Below are positions 11,901-23,265 of a DNA stretch of 64,000 nucleotides, one piece after another. Positions within the stretch are counted from its first letter, which is position 1. Every line of letters starts with the position of its first letter. The position numbers and the translations under genes were made by a program. Source of the stretch: Takakia lepidozioides (taxonomy: Eukaryota > Plantae > Bryophyta); the NCBI GenBank assembly GCA_030704615.1, contig CM060731.1, forward strand, positions 60,078,001 to 60,142,000. Direction: 5' to 3'. The notes under the pieces were generated by a model, which worked only from the letters and a program-made list of their open reading frames with translations, did not search any database and had not been told where the DNA came from.

Positions 11901-14389
11901 GGGGTCTACATCTGTGGCAGTCACTTAACTTTGGGAGAGAAATCATTTCATTGGAGGACCTTGATAGAATATTTTGCATCTGAGAAGTGCTTGGACAGCT
12001 CCATTTGGCTCTGCTGTCCACGGCATCCAAATGAGCCTCCCTATGCACTTTGCTGCTTGGATGCAAAAGTGTTTCTCCCATCCCAAGTGTGCAAGAAGCC
12101 TTGCAGGGCACTACTGAACTGTGGGCACTACTGTAGGAGTACTTGTCATTCAGGTGACCATTCACTGTGTCAAGAACCAGTGAATTTTCTCTTCAAAAAA
12201 TGTGGGCACTCAAGGACTAAGTTGTGCGTAGAAAATGGGGAGTTATTCAAGTGTGAAATTGAAATTAGCTTCACCTTTGAACTCTGTGGGCATGTCAAGC
12301 AATGCAAATGCTGGCAGAAAAATGGACCACCCTCTGTCGAACTGAAGTGCGAAATTCCATGTGGAAAGGTGTTACCATGTGGCCATGCCTGCACATTGAT
12401 GTGCTCAGAAGATTGCTCTGGCCACCAATGCAGACATTGTCTTGAGATAGAAAAGGAAAAAGCTAAAATCCAAAAAGCTAGAGCCTATAAGGCGATGATC
12501 GAGAAGCGACAGGAACTGGCTTTGGAGATTCAGAGATTGGAGATGCACGGTGCATCTGGCACCCTCATCACGGAGCTCAGCCCAAACAATGACACTGCAA
12601 AAGATTACTACATGGTACGTTTCTGGGCCATACTTTGGTGAGAAAAGAGACACCGCAACAGGTCAATATTCAGGGGGGACCTTCAGGGCAATTTGTAGGT
12701 ATGGAGAGTCCAAGGGTTTGTAGGGACTTGTCCCTAGAAATCAGCACAAAAAATTTGCAAAGCTTCTAGTGGGCTGGGATTTCAAGTCAGAGGATTGTTT
12801 ATACTCTTTGCAGGCAAAGGACCGAACAGAAAGGTTTATTCAGCCCAATCATAATTTAATTCCAGTGGTCACAAAAGTGGAGAAGATCGAGAATGCGAAG
12901 CTGCAAAAGAAATTCTTGGAAGCGCAAAGAGATCTCATCAGCCCTGTGGAGGCTTCAGACTGGCTATTTCATGGCACAGATGACAACGGAGTAACAGGGA
13001 TTGTCGAGAACGGATTTCGCCTTCCAGCACGCAGTACATCCAATATGTTTGGGACAGTAAGGGATCTTTAACCTTCCATGAGAATTTACCAATTGGGGCT
13101 ACACTTTTTGTTTGGCTGGGCTGGCTGCGCTTGGGCTAATATTGATTGTTTATCAGTGGGGTTTAACAAAACTACTCTCATTTTCAAGAACGTCATTGGA
13201 CTGATTATTGTGCAGGGATGCTATTTTGCTACCGACTCCTCAAAAAGTGCCCAAAATCTCTACACAAAGGGCAGCAATAAACTGCTTCTCTGTGAAGTTC
13301 AGCTGGGCAAGACCTGGAGGTACTAATGGGCCGTCTCTCACCAGTGCTTCTGTTAAGCAAATTTCTCCTGGGATCATTCAACCAGCTGTGTGTGTGCAGA
13401 ATAAGTACCTGTCCATTGATCTTGGTATTGACATTGGTAGATTGATGTGTATTTGGAGCTCTTATGTGCAGGGTCACAAAAGCGAAATCAGACATGGACC
13501 TTACGAATATTCGGGAAAAAGGCTACGACTCCATATTCTCTGTCAGAGATAGCCGCGAAAGTGGGGGAACCCTGTTTGATGAATACGTAATCTATGACCC
13601 AAGGCAAGCCATTCCTCGCTACATTGTTCATTATAAGACTGTAGGTCTCGATGGCCCTCAGTTGCGAGGATTTGAAGTGCGCGCTGCGATACGAGCTCAA
13701 CAAAATGGAACCAACATGTCTCGGACTTGCTTAACCCCGTCTCTAAGCTTCAAAGGGGATAATCCAGAAGAGTACCACTTTCGCATGGCCGAGTCCCAAT
13801 TCTTCCGCATGTCTGGAAACCGACAGTACAAAGTAAGTGAGCAACCGCCTTAAAGAGCTGGCACTTCAGTGTGATTTATTTTTCATCTCTGTACCATCTT
13901 CTACGGTTTATCCCAAATGTCACTTGACACAGCAGGAACCTGTGGTAAAGTACTGCATGCCACCTTGAACAGTCAATTTTCAAATTTATGCAGGTGACAA
14001 TGGTGGAGTTCATCTGCAACAAGGCACTTGCGGAGAAGTATGAAACAAAGAAGAAAGAGTATGCAGCTGCCAAGAAGCCCTTAGAGGAGCAATTTGTGTT
14101 TCACGGCACAAGCGCAGATAGTGTTGACAAGATTGCAAGGGAGGGCTTCAAGATTGGAGGTGAAGGAGTTGCAATGAAATGTGGAGCTATGTATGGACGA
14201 GGTGTATATACAGCTGTCAATCCTGACATATCTGTCGCCTACAGCAGAAATTCAAACATGATGCTGCTGTCTCTTGCTCTCCCAGGTAAACCAGAGGAGG
14301 ACTTTAGTCTTGGGGGAGGTCCTGCCATCTTTGTGATAAAGAATGTCGACCAGCTACTTCCTAAATATGTAGTGCACTACTCCAAGTAG
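5904..14389 (+). CDS. ZNFX1-like SF1 (UPF1-family) RNA helicase with N-terminal cold-shock domain, NFX1-type Zn fingers and two C-terminal PARP catalytic domains; disrupted as assembled by an internal inversion
   Basis: Exons: 5904-~7677, [inverted 8440-8220, 7936-7678], 8441-8906, 9048-9179, 9375-9611, 10075-10259, 10681-11026, 11208-11285, 11787-12614, 12814-13056, 13216-13319, 13472-13832, 13994-14389. All introns are GT-AG and phase-compatible. Motifs: KGKVVALLPDKGFGFL (CSD RNP-1), YLDTYFRLLREDTF, MIMVESPTYYRAYQPVLQALQ, KIVGMTTTGAA, IMVEEAAE, LILIGDHLQLRP, SMFERLV, LNLQCRMR, AAYNGQV, TIDRFQGAE..IVSLVRSN, NRLCVAVSRAR, CGH Zn-finger repeats, LFHGT..GCYFA..DEYVIYD, VFHGTS..YGRGVYTA. Confidence 0.88.
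7678..8440 (-). other. Inverted segment of the ZNFX1-like gene carrying the Q motif, Walker A (split by an intron) and motif Ia
   Basis: The minus strand 8440-8220 reads PDPVYLKSSSATINWAGLF..SLDDSQLKAVDLVLQNRLAMVQGPPGT. A GT..AG intron spans 8219-7937. Then GKTFLGVKILELLM..PVLVLTYKNHALDQFLEKC..VRVGGR. The segment is flanked by the 9-bp inverted repeat TCCATCTCC (7669-7677) / GGAGATGGA (8441-8449). Confidence 0.92.
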
Positions 14390-15456
14390 GAAGTCAAATG
14401 ACCCTTGATGTTCAATAGAAAACTTCAACGTGTAATTGTTGTGACGAAAAGACCTGTATCTGAGCTCAAGTATTTGAAGATCTGGATTAAAGCCCACCTG
14501 CAAGGTTATATTTGCCCAGTGTACCCATGGGTAGATCACACATGGCAGGTGTTACAATCCCAGGAAAAATCTGAGACCAAGTTGTTGCTCTGGTCATGAT
14601 GGAAAAAGTAAAATAAATCTTGTCAGCTGCCCCTTGATCAGTCCTAATAATATGGCAAGCAGCATTTTTCTATCAAGTTCCAGAGTCAATGAAGAATCTC
14701 AGAAATAGACTGGGCCTTCATCCAGAGATCCCACAGTGGAAGCCCTATATGCGGAGCCTCAATGGTTCTGGTCATATGATGAAGTCCCTATTCCAAGGAA
14801 AGATAAGGTCTTTCAAAATTGACATTAATCTCTCCTAAGGGGGCCATACATAATATTTGATCAGGTCTCCGCACATTTTGAGTGCGTGCCTATCCTCTCT
14901 TTACTATGAGCACATTCAAACAGAACATCCATTCAACATAGCATCAAAGCCCAACATGAATAATTAAACCAACCCACATGCAATTTGAAGGAACCTCTGC
15001 ACTCACCAGATATAATGATTCAGTCATACCTAGGATAACTTGATTAGGGACAATTCTGAAATCCAAGATCTGTATGTCCGAATCATAAATATTGACCAGC
15101 AAATGTAAAATTCATGAAGTCTTTTCAGAACAGAACTAATCTCATTGAAATCTTACTAGAAGCAGCAAGGATTACAAGCAGAATTCACTATGACAACTCA
15201 AGAGTTAATGAGGGCAAAATCTCCCTAGATTAGCAATCAACCTTGCCGTTGAACAAGTGTCTCTGTGTAACTTTAGCTTTCAATTTAAGGATGAATGCCT
15301 CACAATCTGTGTCCAGCCCTGCTCCCCCTTCCTCACTTGCCTGCTCCCTTCAGATCACCAACATCATCTAAGACGCAAGCTCCAGCACATGTTCCACACT
15401 CTGTCAGTCCACAAAAGGTAGTATGCAGCGACAGTAAACCCTGGAAATGGAACAAA

Positions 15457-16489
15457 TCAAGATTTTCCCTCAGCCCACACTGTGCCAACCATGAGAGCCA
15501 CAGTGGCAGCCTGGAAGCCTACGCGAGCCCTCATCAGAACTTGACTGCGGTTGAAATTTCCCTGCTTGAAGGAGATCAATCCTGCTAGTAAAACCCCTGC
15601 TGTTGCAAGAGCACCTGCCACACATATTCAAACAACGTCCTATGAGTACATTCTCAGGAGGCATCCATCTTCTTGGTTGGGGTTTTGCCTAATACACTGT
15701 AGCCTTGTGGACATAGACCCCACGCCCACTATGGGCAAAACAAGAGGGAGGAGAGCCTCCTGAGAGAGTGTGTGTGTTTGGGACCGAGCTTAACTAATTC
15801 GCAGAGTTTTTAAAGCGCCAACAAATCCAATAGCCCATGCACTTCACGAAAATCTGGCAATCCCAGATGAGATAAGCTTCCAAATTGGGAATTAGGGCAC
15901 TGCCCTGCCCAGAGTGTATAACACTGGACCCAAAAACGGGCATCTAACCTGGGAAATGCCGAGCTATTGCCAAAGAGTATTTCTTGTAATGCATAAAAAC
16001 CTTATGGTGTATACGTACAGCTTACATAGATTGCAAATCCACAGACGCCCTCAACCTCAGCTGCAGACTCCGTGACATACTGTGCTACCCCTGCTCTGTC
16101 GCAGCCAATGACTTACACTCTCTACACATACACCGCTTACATCTTTGGCAGATGCGCCCATACTCCCACTTAGAAAATATAAGTCCAAATAACTGGGCGT
16201 GGTTAGAGAGCCCATTTCTCCATCACTCTTTAACAAATCGTGCGCACCAACCAAAATACAGTAAAGCACCCCCAAGTCCCGCATGACAAATCGGCAGAGA
16301 AGAAGAAAAGCCAGGAGGGCTATTGATACAATAGAGTACGTATAAGCTGGACTGCTTTGTAATTACATGCTGGCGGGAGGGAGAGAGAGAGAGAGAGAGA
16401 AAACCAAGTGGAACAAGAGGGTTGCGGTAGTCCTTCTTGGAACCAAACATGTCCTCTGCCTCAATGGCCTCCAGCTCCCTTGACGCCAT
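15457..16489 (-). CDS. HIG1 (hypoxia-induced gene) domain mitochondrial membrane protein, RCF1/HIGD-like; 2 exons (16489-16405, 15614-15457), 80 aa
   Basis: Spliced product MASRELEAIEAEDMFGSKKDYRNPLVPLG|ALATAGVLLAGLISFKQGNFNRSQVLMRARVGFQAATVALMVGTVWAEGKS*, with the NPLVPLG and Q.LMRARV..Q motifs. The ORF track does not show it as a whole. Confidence 0.92.
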
Positions 16490-17120
16490 TGATCCTTGCA
16501 ATCGAAAACCTCAACCACAATTTCCCTCGCACAATTCGGTACAACTACAATTCGGTACAACTATCTCAACCTAGATAAATTTCGGTGCAATAATCGCTTT
16601 GGCAGAAATTCCTTGGTGATACTTGATGCGGAAAAAAAGGGCCTCGTTGCTCTTGCAGAAGCTGCTCAAGAAACTGCAGCATATGTCACTCCAATTTCCT
16701 TTCTGCCGAAAAGCAAGTCGGTTGAGTTCAGAAAATAGGGTGACGATTACAGCAAGCGACTGGCTACGAATTTTTCAGCCCGAAGATATCACAAACGGGA
16801 TCAATGAAACATCTTACGACAAAAGAGGGGATCAGAAGCGATCGCGGAGAACACAAGGGCCGCACACGAAGAGATGGTCTGCTGAACCGACCTCTGCTTC
16901 TCTTCCTTTGCGCAGATTCTGTGTAGAGGACCACCTTCGTGGAGATTCCTGCGACCACGGAACCTGGATGAATATTTGCGTGCTTTGGACGATGACAGGG
17001 TGGAATCTGACGGATCCTGGATGAATAATCACGTGCTTTGGACTGATGATAGGGTGGAGTCTGACGGATGAACAATGTATGGTTGTCCTGGCGATTTGAG
17101 CCTGGAGTCTGGATGTTGAA

Positions 17121-17358
17121 GTCCGTGCGTTCAAGAGAATTATGGATGGATGTAGTCTTGCGACCTGCCCTAACTTAGAGTCCGTGCGTTCAACCTAATA
17201 GGGATGGATGTAGTCTCGCGACCTGCCCTAACTCAGAGTCCGTGCGTTCGAGAGAAATGTAGTCTTGCGACCTGCCGTAACTTAAGAGTCCGTGCGTTCA
17301 AGAGAATTATGGATGGATGTAGTCTTGCGACCTGCCCTAACCCTAACTTAGAGTCCGT
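17121..17358 (+). repeat. Tandem ~50-60-bp units (about 4) upstream of TYW1
   Basis: Repeated GTCCGTGCGTTCAAGAGAATTATGGATGGATGTAGTCTTGCGACCTGCCCTAACTTAGA. The duplicate at ~60950-61020 has only one unit. Confidence 0.85.
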
Positions 17359-17484
17359 TCTCGGTGAGCGTGAGGTGCTAAGGAGGTGGACGAGGAAGGG
17401 GAGGGAGACGACGATGGGGAGAAGAAGAGAATTAGGGCAAAGAGCTTGAGGTTCAAGTTGAGTGGCTGCTGTAATAAGTGCAGC

Positions 17485-19839
17485 ATGAGCTCGCAGATGA
17501 GCCATGGCAAAGGGAAAAATGATTCCACGGCAGATACAAGCAGCTGTTGTCAGTCGAACTGGCGTAGCAGTAGGTCTGCAACGGAGAATCTGTGTGGATG
17601 CCAAAGTAGCTCTGCAATCTCACGCAAGTCTACAGAGAAATCCAGTAAATTTGTAGAGGACGAAGGCTGGAGTTGGGGCTTTTCAGTAGACGATGGCAGT
17701 GAAGTCACAGCACAGAGTTCCGAAGAGGCTTCCGGACTAAACCAGGCTAATGGAACAACATGCACAGAAGGAGCCAACGGAAACGATGCATGTTCTCATG
17801 TGCACACCGAAACAGACGTCTTGCATGCTGTAACTGTAGGAGATTCTCCCCTTGTACTAAGCGAGGAGAGTCCTCGTGGAAAAATCTTGTTCGTATCAGA
17901 GACTGGCACTGCTAGAAGGCTTGCAGAGAGGCTAGTTCAACAGTTATTAGAGCACAATATTCCTGTAGATCTAGTGGACGCAGCTTCATATGAACCGGAA
18001 GATCTGTCCAAAGAAAGATTTGTAGTTTTGGTGGCCTCGACATGGGAGGGCGGCAAGGCCCCACAAAATGCATCTTTCCTGGCACGTTGGCTAGAAGAGA
18101 GTTCCGAGGATTTTAGAGTTGGGTCAGGGCTACTTCACGAATGCAGATTTGCGGTGTTTGGAGTGGGAAGCCGAGCGTATGGCTCTACATTTAATGCTGT
18201 TGCCAGAGCATTTGACCGGCAGCTGGCAGCACTTGGTGGCATTCGGTTCGTGCTGAGAGGAGAGGGTGATGAGGATGAGGGAACAGTAGACCAGGATTTT
18301 GACATTTGGACGACAATTTTGATCCAGAAGTTGCTGAGCCAAGTCACACATCTGTATGGTGTGGACCGGCCCCTGGAAGCAGCCCTTGCAATAGACACAA
18401 ATGGAATTTCTGAAGTTGATGTGGTGGCAGGTGCTACCTCATCTGTAGAAGAAGCTGAGGAGACCGAGAGCGACTCCGATGAGGCCGATAACATTGCCAA
18501 CAAAGAGAGTGTTGATGGGGGCAGTTTGATAGACTTAGAAGATGTAGCTGGCCAGCTCGGCCCATCACAGCCTTCTGAAAGAGGGAAGAGGAAAGGAGTC
18601 ATGAAGAAGCAGTTGTTTAAAAGTCGACTTGTCTTCTCAGTAGATGCAACACACAATCTGTCTTCTAGTGATCGGAATAGGAGCGATGGTATCAAGGTCA
18701 TGGTGACACCAGTGCTTCGAGCTAGCTTAGAGAAGCAGGGGTACAAAATTATCGGTTCACACAGTGGAGTGAAGCTTTGCCGCTGGACAAAGTCGCAGCT
18801 GCGGGGACGTGGGGGCTGCTACAAGCATTCTTTCTATGGGATTGAGAGTCATCGGTGCATGGAGACAACTCCCAGCCTAGCATGTGCGAATAAGTGTGTT
18901 TTCTGTTGGCGCCACCACACCAACCCTGTTGGTAAATCATGGCGATGGCAGATGGATGACCCTGTGGATATTGTCAATGCTGCATTGGATCAGCACATGC
19001 GCATGATCAAACAGATGAAGGGTGTTCCAGGAGTGAAACCAGAGCGGATGGCTGAAGGTATGGCTCCAAGACATTGTGCACTCTCACTTGTGGGAGAACC
19101 AATTATGTACCCTGAGATCAATACTCTCGTCAAGGAACTCCACTCTCGCCGAATTTCTTCCTTCTTGGTGACCAACGCCCAGTTTCCAGAGCGCATCTTA
19201 GCACTCGAGCCTGTCACTCAGCTCTATGTGAGTGTGGATGCAGCAACCAAGGAGAAATTGACGGCCATCGACCGGCCCTTGTTCGCCGACTTCTGGGAGC
19301 GATTCACTGATTCTTTGAGTGCCCTGCGGGACAAGAGGCAGCGAACTGTGTACAGGCTGACACTGGTGAAAGGCTGGAATACTGCAGAAGTACAGTCTTA
19401 TGCAGAACTTTTGGAATTAGGCCAACCTGATTTTATCGAAATTAAGGGGGTGACCTACTGTGGCTCCACTGCGACATCCTCATTGACAATGGAGAATGTG
19501 CCATGGCATAGTGATGTGAAGGCATTTGCAGAGGCCTTGGTGATGGAGAGGGGCGGGGCTGAGTATGAGCTTGCATGCGAGCACACGCACTCCTGCTGTG
19601 TCCTGCTGGCCAAGACAGCCAAGTTCAAACTGGAAGGGCAGTGGTACACTTGGATTGACTACGAGAAATTTCATTCTCTGGTTGCCTCACAGAAGCCCTT
19701 CGGTAGTGAAGAGTACAGGGCCCCCACGCCTGCTTGGGCAGTGTATGGAGCAGCTGAAGGTGGGTTTGACCCCAAAGAAACGCGAGTGAAGAAGGAGAGA
19801 AAGCATGGGACCTCGGCTGATGTTGGCGGATGCACTTGA
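17485..19839 (+). CDS. TYW1: tRNA wybutosine-synthesizing protein 1 (flavodoxin + radical SAM), intronless
   Basis: Flavodoxin motifs ILFVSETGTARRLAERL, ASTWEGG, FAVFGVGSRAY. Also GSHSGVKLCRWT, GGCYKHSFYGIESHRCME, radical-SAM CANKCVFC and HCALSLVGEP. First in-frame ATG is 17485; the frame is open from 17386, so the true start is uncertain. Confidence 0.95.
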   Translation: MSSQMSHGKGKNDSTADTSSCCQSNWRSSRSATENLCGCQSSSAISRKSTEKSSKFVEDEGWSWGFSVDDGSEVTAQSSEEASGLNQANGTTCTEGANGNDACSHVHTETDVLHAVTVGDSPLVLSEESPRGKILFVSETGTARRLAERLVQQLLEHNIPVDLVDAASYEPEDLSKERFVVLVASTWEGGKAPQNASFLARWLEESSEDFRVGSGLLHECRFAVFGVGSRAYGSTFNAVARAFDRQLAALGGIRFVLRGEGDEDEGTVDQDFDIWTTILIQKLLSQVTHLYGVDRPLEAALAIDTNGISEVDVVAGATSSVEEAEETESDSDEADNIANKESVDGGSLIDLEDVAGQLGPSQPSERGKRKGVMKKQLFKSRLVFSVDATHNLSSSDRNRSDGIKVMVTPVLRASLEKQGYKIIGSHSGVKLCRWTKSQLRGRGGCYKHSFYGIESHRCMETTPSLACANKCVFCWRHHTNPVGKSWRWQMDDPVDIVNAALDQHMRMIKQMKGVPGVKPERMAEGMAPRHCALSLVGEPIMYPEINTLVKELHSRRISSFLVTNAQFPERILALEPVTQLYVSVDAATKEKLTAIDRPLFADFWERFTDSLSALRDKRQRTVYRLTLVKGWNTAEVQSYAELLELGQPDFIEIKGVTYCGSTATSSLTMENVPWHSDVKAFAEALVMERGGAEYELACEHTHSCCVLLAKTAKFKLEGQWYTWIDYEKFHSLVASQKPFGSEEYRAPTPAWAVYGAAEGGFDPKETRVKKERKHGTSADVGGCT

Positions 19840-19875
19840 GGAGGCCACTGCTCTACTTAGCAAGTGTATAAAGAG

Positions 19876-20490
19876 AGATTGTACTCATAAGACGTTGTTT
19901 GCCGTAGCCTTGTGGCCATTGACCCCGTGCCCAGTTTGAGCAGGAACAAAAGGGACAGAACCTACCTCTGTCAGGGGCTGACGTTGGTAGTAAGACTTAC
20001 CTTCATATATAGAATTAATCCGGGTTTTCCAGATATCCTCTAGAAATCCCTTCACACAAGCATCAATCTGCTGTGTGTGATTTGCCCAAAAACTAGGCCT
20101 CAGGAGGCCCTGGGCTTTTGGCTCAGCCTCGAGACTTTCAAAGTTGGTAAACAGGCACAATTCCCTTGATAGATTTGAAGAGAGCGTCTCTTTGGTGAGA
20201 GAACCCCGGACAGTGTATCAGAAAATGAAATACTGTCTTCAGATTGCCCACACAACGGGCAATTGCACTCGCCCTTTCCTCTCTGCTTCTGTTTGCTGTT
20301 CAAAGGTAGGCTTCCTGCCCTGAGTTCAAATTTCAGTCTAGTGCCGAGAGTGGGTAGACCCTTGAGGTCATCCAAGATGTCCTCCCCCAACTGGAAACAA
20401 GTTCAGGGAAGTTTTCTGCCTAACTTCATTTTCATCAGACAATCTCATGGCAACGGACATGGCTTTGGACACTACACCCTCTAAGTCGGA
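19876..20490 (-). mobile_element. 5'-truncated non-LTR retrotransposon (LINE) 3' end, degenerate
   Basis: Near-identical to 39053-39700, 40261-40691 and 63516-64000. Contains a CCHC-finger region (CPLCGQSEDS..) and ends ..NNVL*GTACAATCT. Confidence 0.85.
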
Positions 20491-20827
20491 TTGGAGGATA
20501 GATCGGATAGATCCATCGTTGCTTTGATGGGTCACTAGTGGATGGATAGCTTAATTATTTCCTTAGAGTGTATTTTTCAAAAAATTCAGTTTGATTGCAC
20601 ATTCAAGAAAGTGCAATTTTCATGAAGTTTTTATGTTTTTTCATTTTTTACAATGAAGTGAATGTGCTAAATTTGTTATATAATTATAATTTCATTGAAT
20701 TAAAATCGAAATAAATATATTACGGAATTATATACATATATTAGTACACATTTGTTTTTGATCCCTATCGGAGTGTAAATGATGGTATCTCATCTCGAAC
20801 GTCCCTAGGTACCACATCCGGTTGACC

Positions 20828-21666
20828 TAGAAGCACCATTCACGGCGCACGAAGTTGGGTAAATGTAATAACTTTTTGTGCTTTTAACCTATGAGGTCAT
20901 GCAATACCTTAACAGAAAGCTCTTAAGATAAGACAACTTTCTTTAGTTGAAAGTTAGATGAGATTCTGGCTTTATCTGACATTAAAAGTGGACAGAAGTA
21001 GAGGATGTCAATGTCAGCATGTCACGGGGCACCTTGTCCCTATCATGACTCATTCATATCTCATTAATATCTTTTCTACCTGAGATGGTAACCAAACAAA
21101 AAACCAAAAATACCATTGGAAAGCCCTTAATGTGGCCCATCTTTTTGTAGTTGGAGCAATTTTCATTAGAGGACATCTACCTATAGCATTTTAAGGGTAA
21201 AACAATTGAGGCCATCATGGCACACAAAATATATTGCTCTTTTGGTACCTTGGACTTTAACCATTTTAAAGATACCAATGGAAAGCCCTTAATGTGGCCC
21301 ATCTTTTTGTAGTTGGAGCAATTTTCATTAGAGGACATGTACCTATAGCAATTTAAGGGTAAAACAAGTGAGCCCATCATGGCACACAAAATATATTGCT
21401 CTTTTGATACCTTGGACTTTAACCATTTTAAAGATACCATTGGAAAGCTCTTGATGAGCCCCAGCATTTTGTAGTTGGAACAATTTTCATCTACCTAGGA
21501 TAATTTAAGTGTAAAGTAGAGGATTAAATGGTGTATTATAGTTCATTCCTCTTTGGGGCCTATCTTGGGGCTGACACGTTCCAAAAATGGGCATACTTTC
21601 TTGCACCACCATGGGTGTGCTTTTGAGCGCCGCTATGGGGCACATGCGCCATGAACGGTGCTTCTA
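20828..21666. mobile_element. MITE-like non-autonomous DNA transposon with ~22-bp TIRs and internal ~160-bp tandem repeats
   Basis: TAGAAGCACCATTCACGGCGCA (20828-20849) pairs with TGCGCCATGAACGGTGCTTCTA (21645-21666) with 2 mismatches; the terminal TA may be a TSD. Internal repeats lie at ~21110-21490. Confidence 0.7.
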
Positions 21667-22562
21667 CCCTAGTTACCCCATTTGTTTTTTTTCTTCCCCC
21701 CAGTAAATATGATAAAAAATAAAAATAAAGTTTCTTTAACTTCCAGTGCAGCTCCGGGAAATAATTTCAGTTGAACCAGCCAGTAGCCGGTCATTCCCAG
21801 CAGCAATCGGCTAAGTGGGTTGGGCAGTCGGTTGCTGCCCCTTAGTGGTAACTATACCCGGTCAACTTCCGAGATAATTTCTTTACAACCGGTAATATTC
21901 CTAATGATTTATTTTGTGTTCAGCTATAAATCCGGCCCTTATAAATATCAACCGGTTGACAACACAAGTGTCAAATGCACAACAATAAGTAAATAATAAT
22001 AATAATAAATAATCACAACCAGTTTTAAGCAATTCAAACAAGTGAAGAACATTGTATCCTTATAGAAGTTGGACCTGTCAATGCCCTCAAACCACATGGA
22101 GGCCAAGAATTGAACCCGCGTGGACAGGTGAGCTGTGATAGCAGGTAGCGAGTGCAAGCAGGCGTGGGGCTGGGGCTGCGAGAGCAACGTCCAGACTTAG
22201 TAGGGTTTGCCCGCGGGCCCGCCCTCTTTGAGTTCAATATTTTTTGACCTAAACGCCCTTCCTTGGATGTAACCCAGCCTGGCACGTTGGATTTCTGCCA
22301 TGTGGTGGACTTCGACGGCCATTTCCATTTTTTGTAATATAAGAAGGGCCGGAATCCGTCCAGGCCTTGCCAACTAAGGCAGATTTCCTGTCTGTAATGA
22401 AATGGAAAGGCAAATATCCTTCCTAAAAGTAGGGCACCGGGTTGATTTCCACTTCGGCCATTTCTTCCCTCGGATCCATTTCCTGAGGTTTCATATTTCA
22501 TTCGGAAATTCTGGAATTCAGTCGGCTAGCATGTAACTGGCTGCCGGTTCTCCCCGGACGTT

Positions 22563-22720
22563 GGTCCAGTGAATTTACAGAGCCTACTGCTCAAACACAC
22601 ATGCCATCGAGGGCCCAATGGACGGTCTGAAGGCACATGTTTAAGGGTTGAACCCAGGATCACCTAGGTTATGCACAGGCAAGGCACAAACACCCAACCA
22701 CTGGGCTACTTGCTCAAGTG
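22563..22720 (-). mobile_element. tRNA-derived SINE-like element
   Basis: Homologous to 57970-58125. On the minus strand it has the Pol III A box TAGCCCAGTGG and a B-box-like GGTTCAACCC. Confidence 0.65.
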
Positions 22721-23215
22721 GAATTGCAATAAAAAAAAAACCCCAGTGAATTACCAATCCAATGCCCTCCTTAAATCACAAAAACAAGGATTTAGGGTTT
22801 AGGGTAACATAAACTTGTCAAGGGCAACCCTATACAACCCCTCTGTCTCTCTCTTTATACAGTCTTTTCAGGGTTTCTTTATAATTTTTTAATTAGAAAC
22901 TTAGATTTGAACTGAATGTATCTTCAACCCCACATGTGAACAAATCTATTCATTAGAATTTCAGATTCTTCCACGTGGAATTATATGGCCTGGAATCTGG
23001 ATTTTGGATTTAAATTGATTAGCAACACCAGCATACGAATGACAATGTTATTTCTACATCAATGAACGGATGGAGTCAATCTGATTTTTTTAGTAAAGTT
23101 TGAATACCCTAAATCGCACAAAAAATTCTATTTACAACCAGGAAGTGTGCTAAATATAAATACTACACTTTGCTTTATGATCAAGAGATGAAATTAAATG
23201 ATATATATATATGTA

Positions 23216-23265
<50 letters not shown>

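Noticed and set aside
16623-17024. 133-aa ORF conserved in both duplicates
   Set aside because: No recognisable domain; the conservation only reflects the recent duplication.
5904-19839. ZNFX1-PARP, HIG1 and TYW1 as a functional cluster
   Set aside because: HIG1 and TYW1 are housekeeping genes, co-duplication is explained by proximity, and both are broken in the duplicate.
22790-22804. TTTAGGG x2 (and CCCTAA x2 near 17335) as interstitial telomere
   Set aside because: Only two units; more likely telo-box-like or chance.
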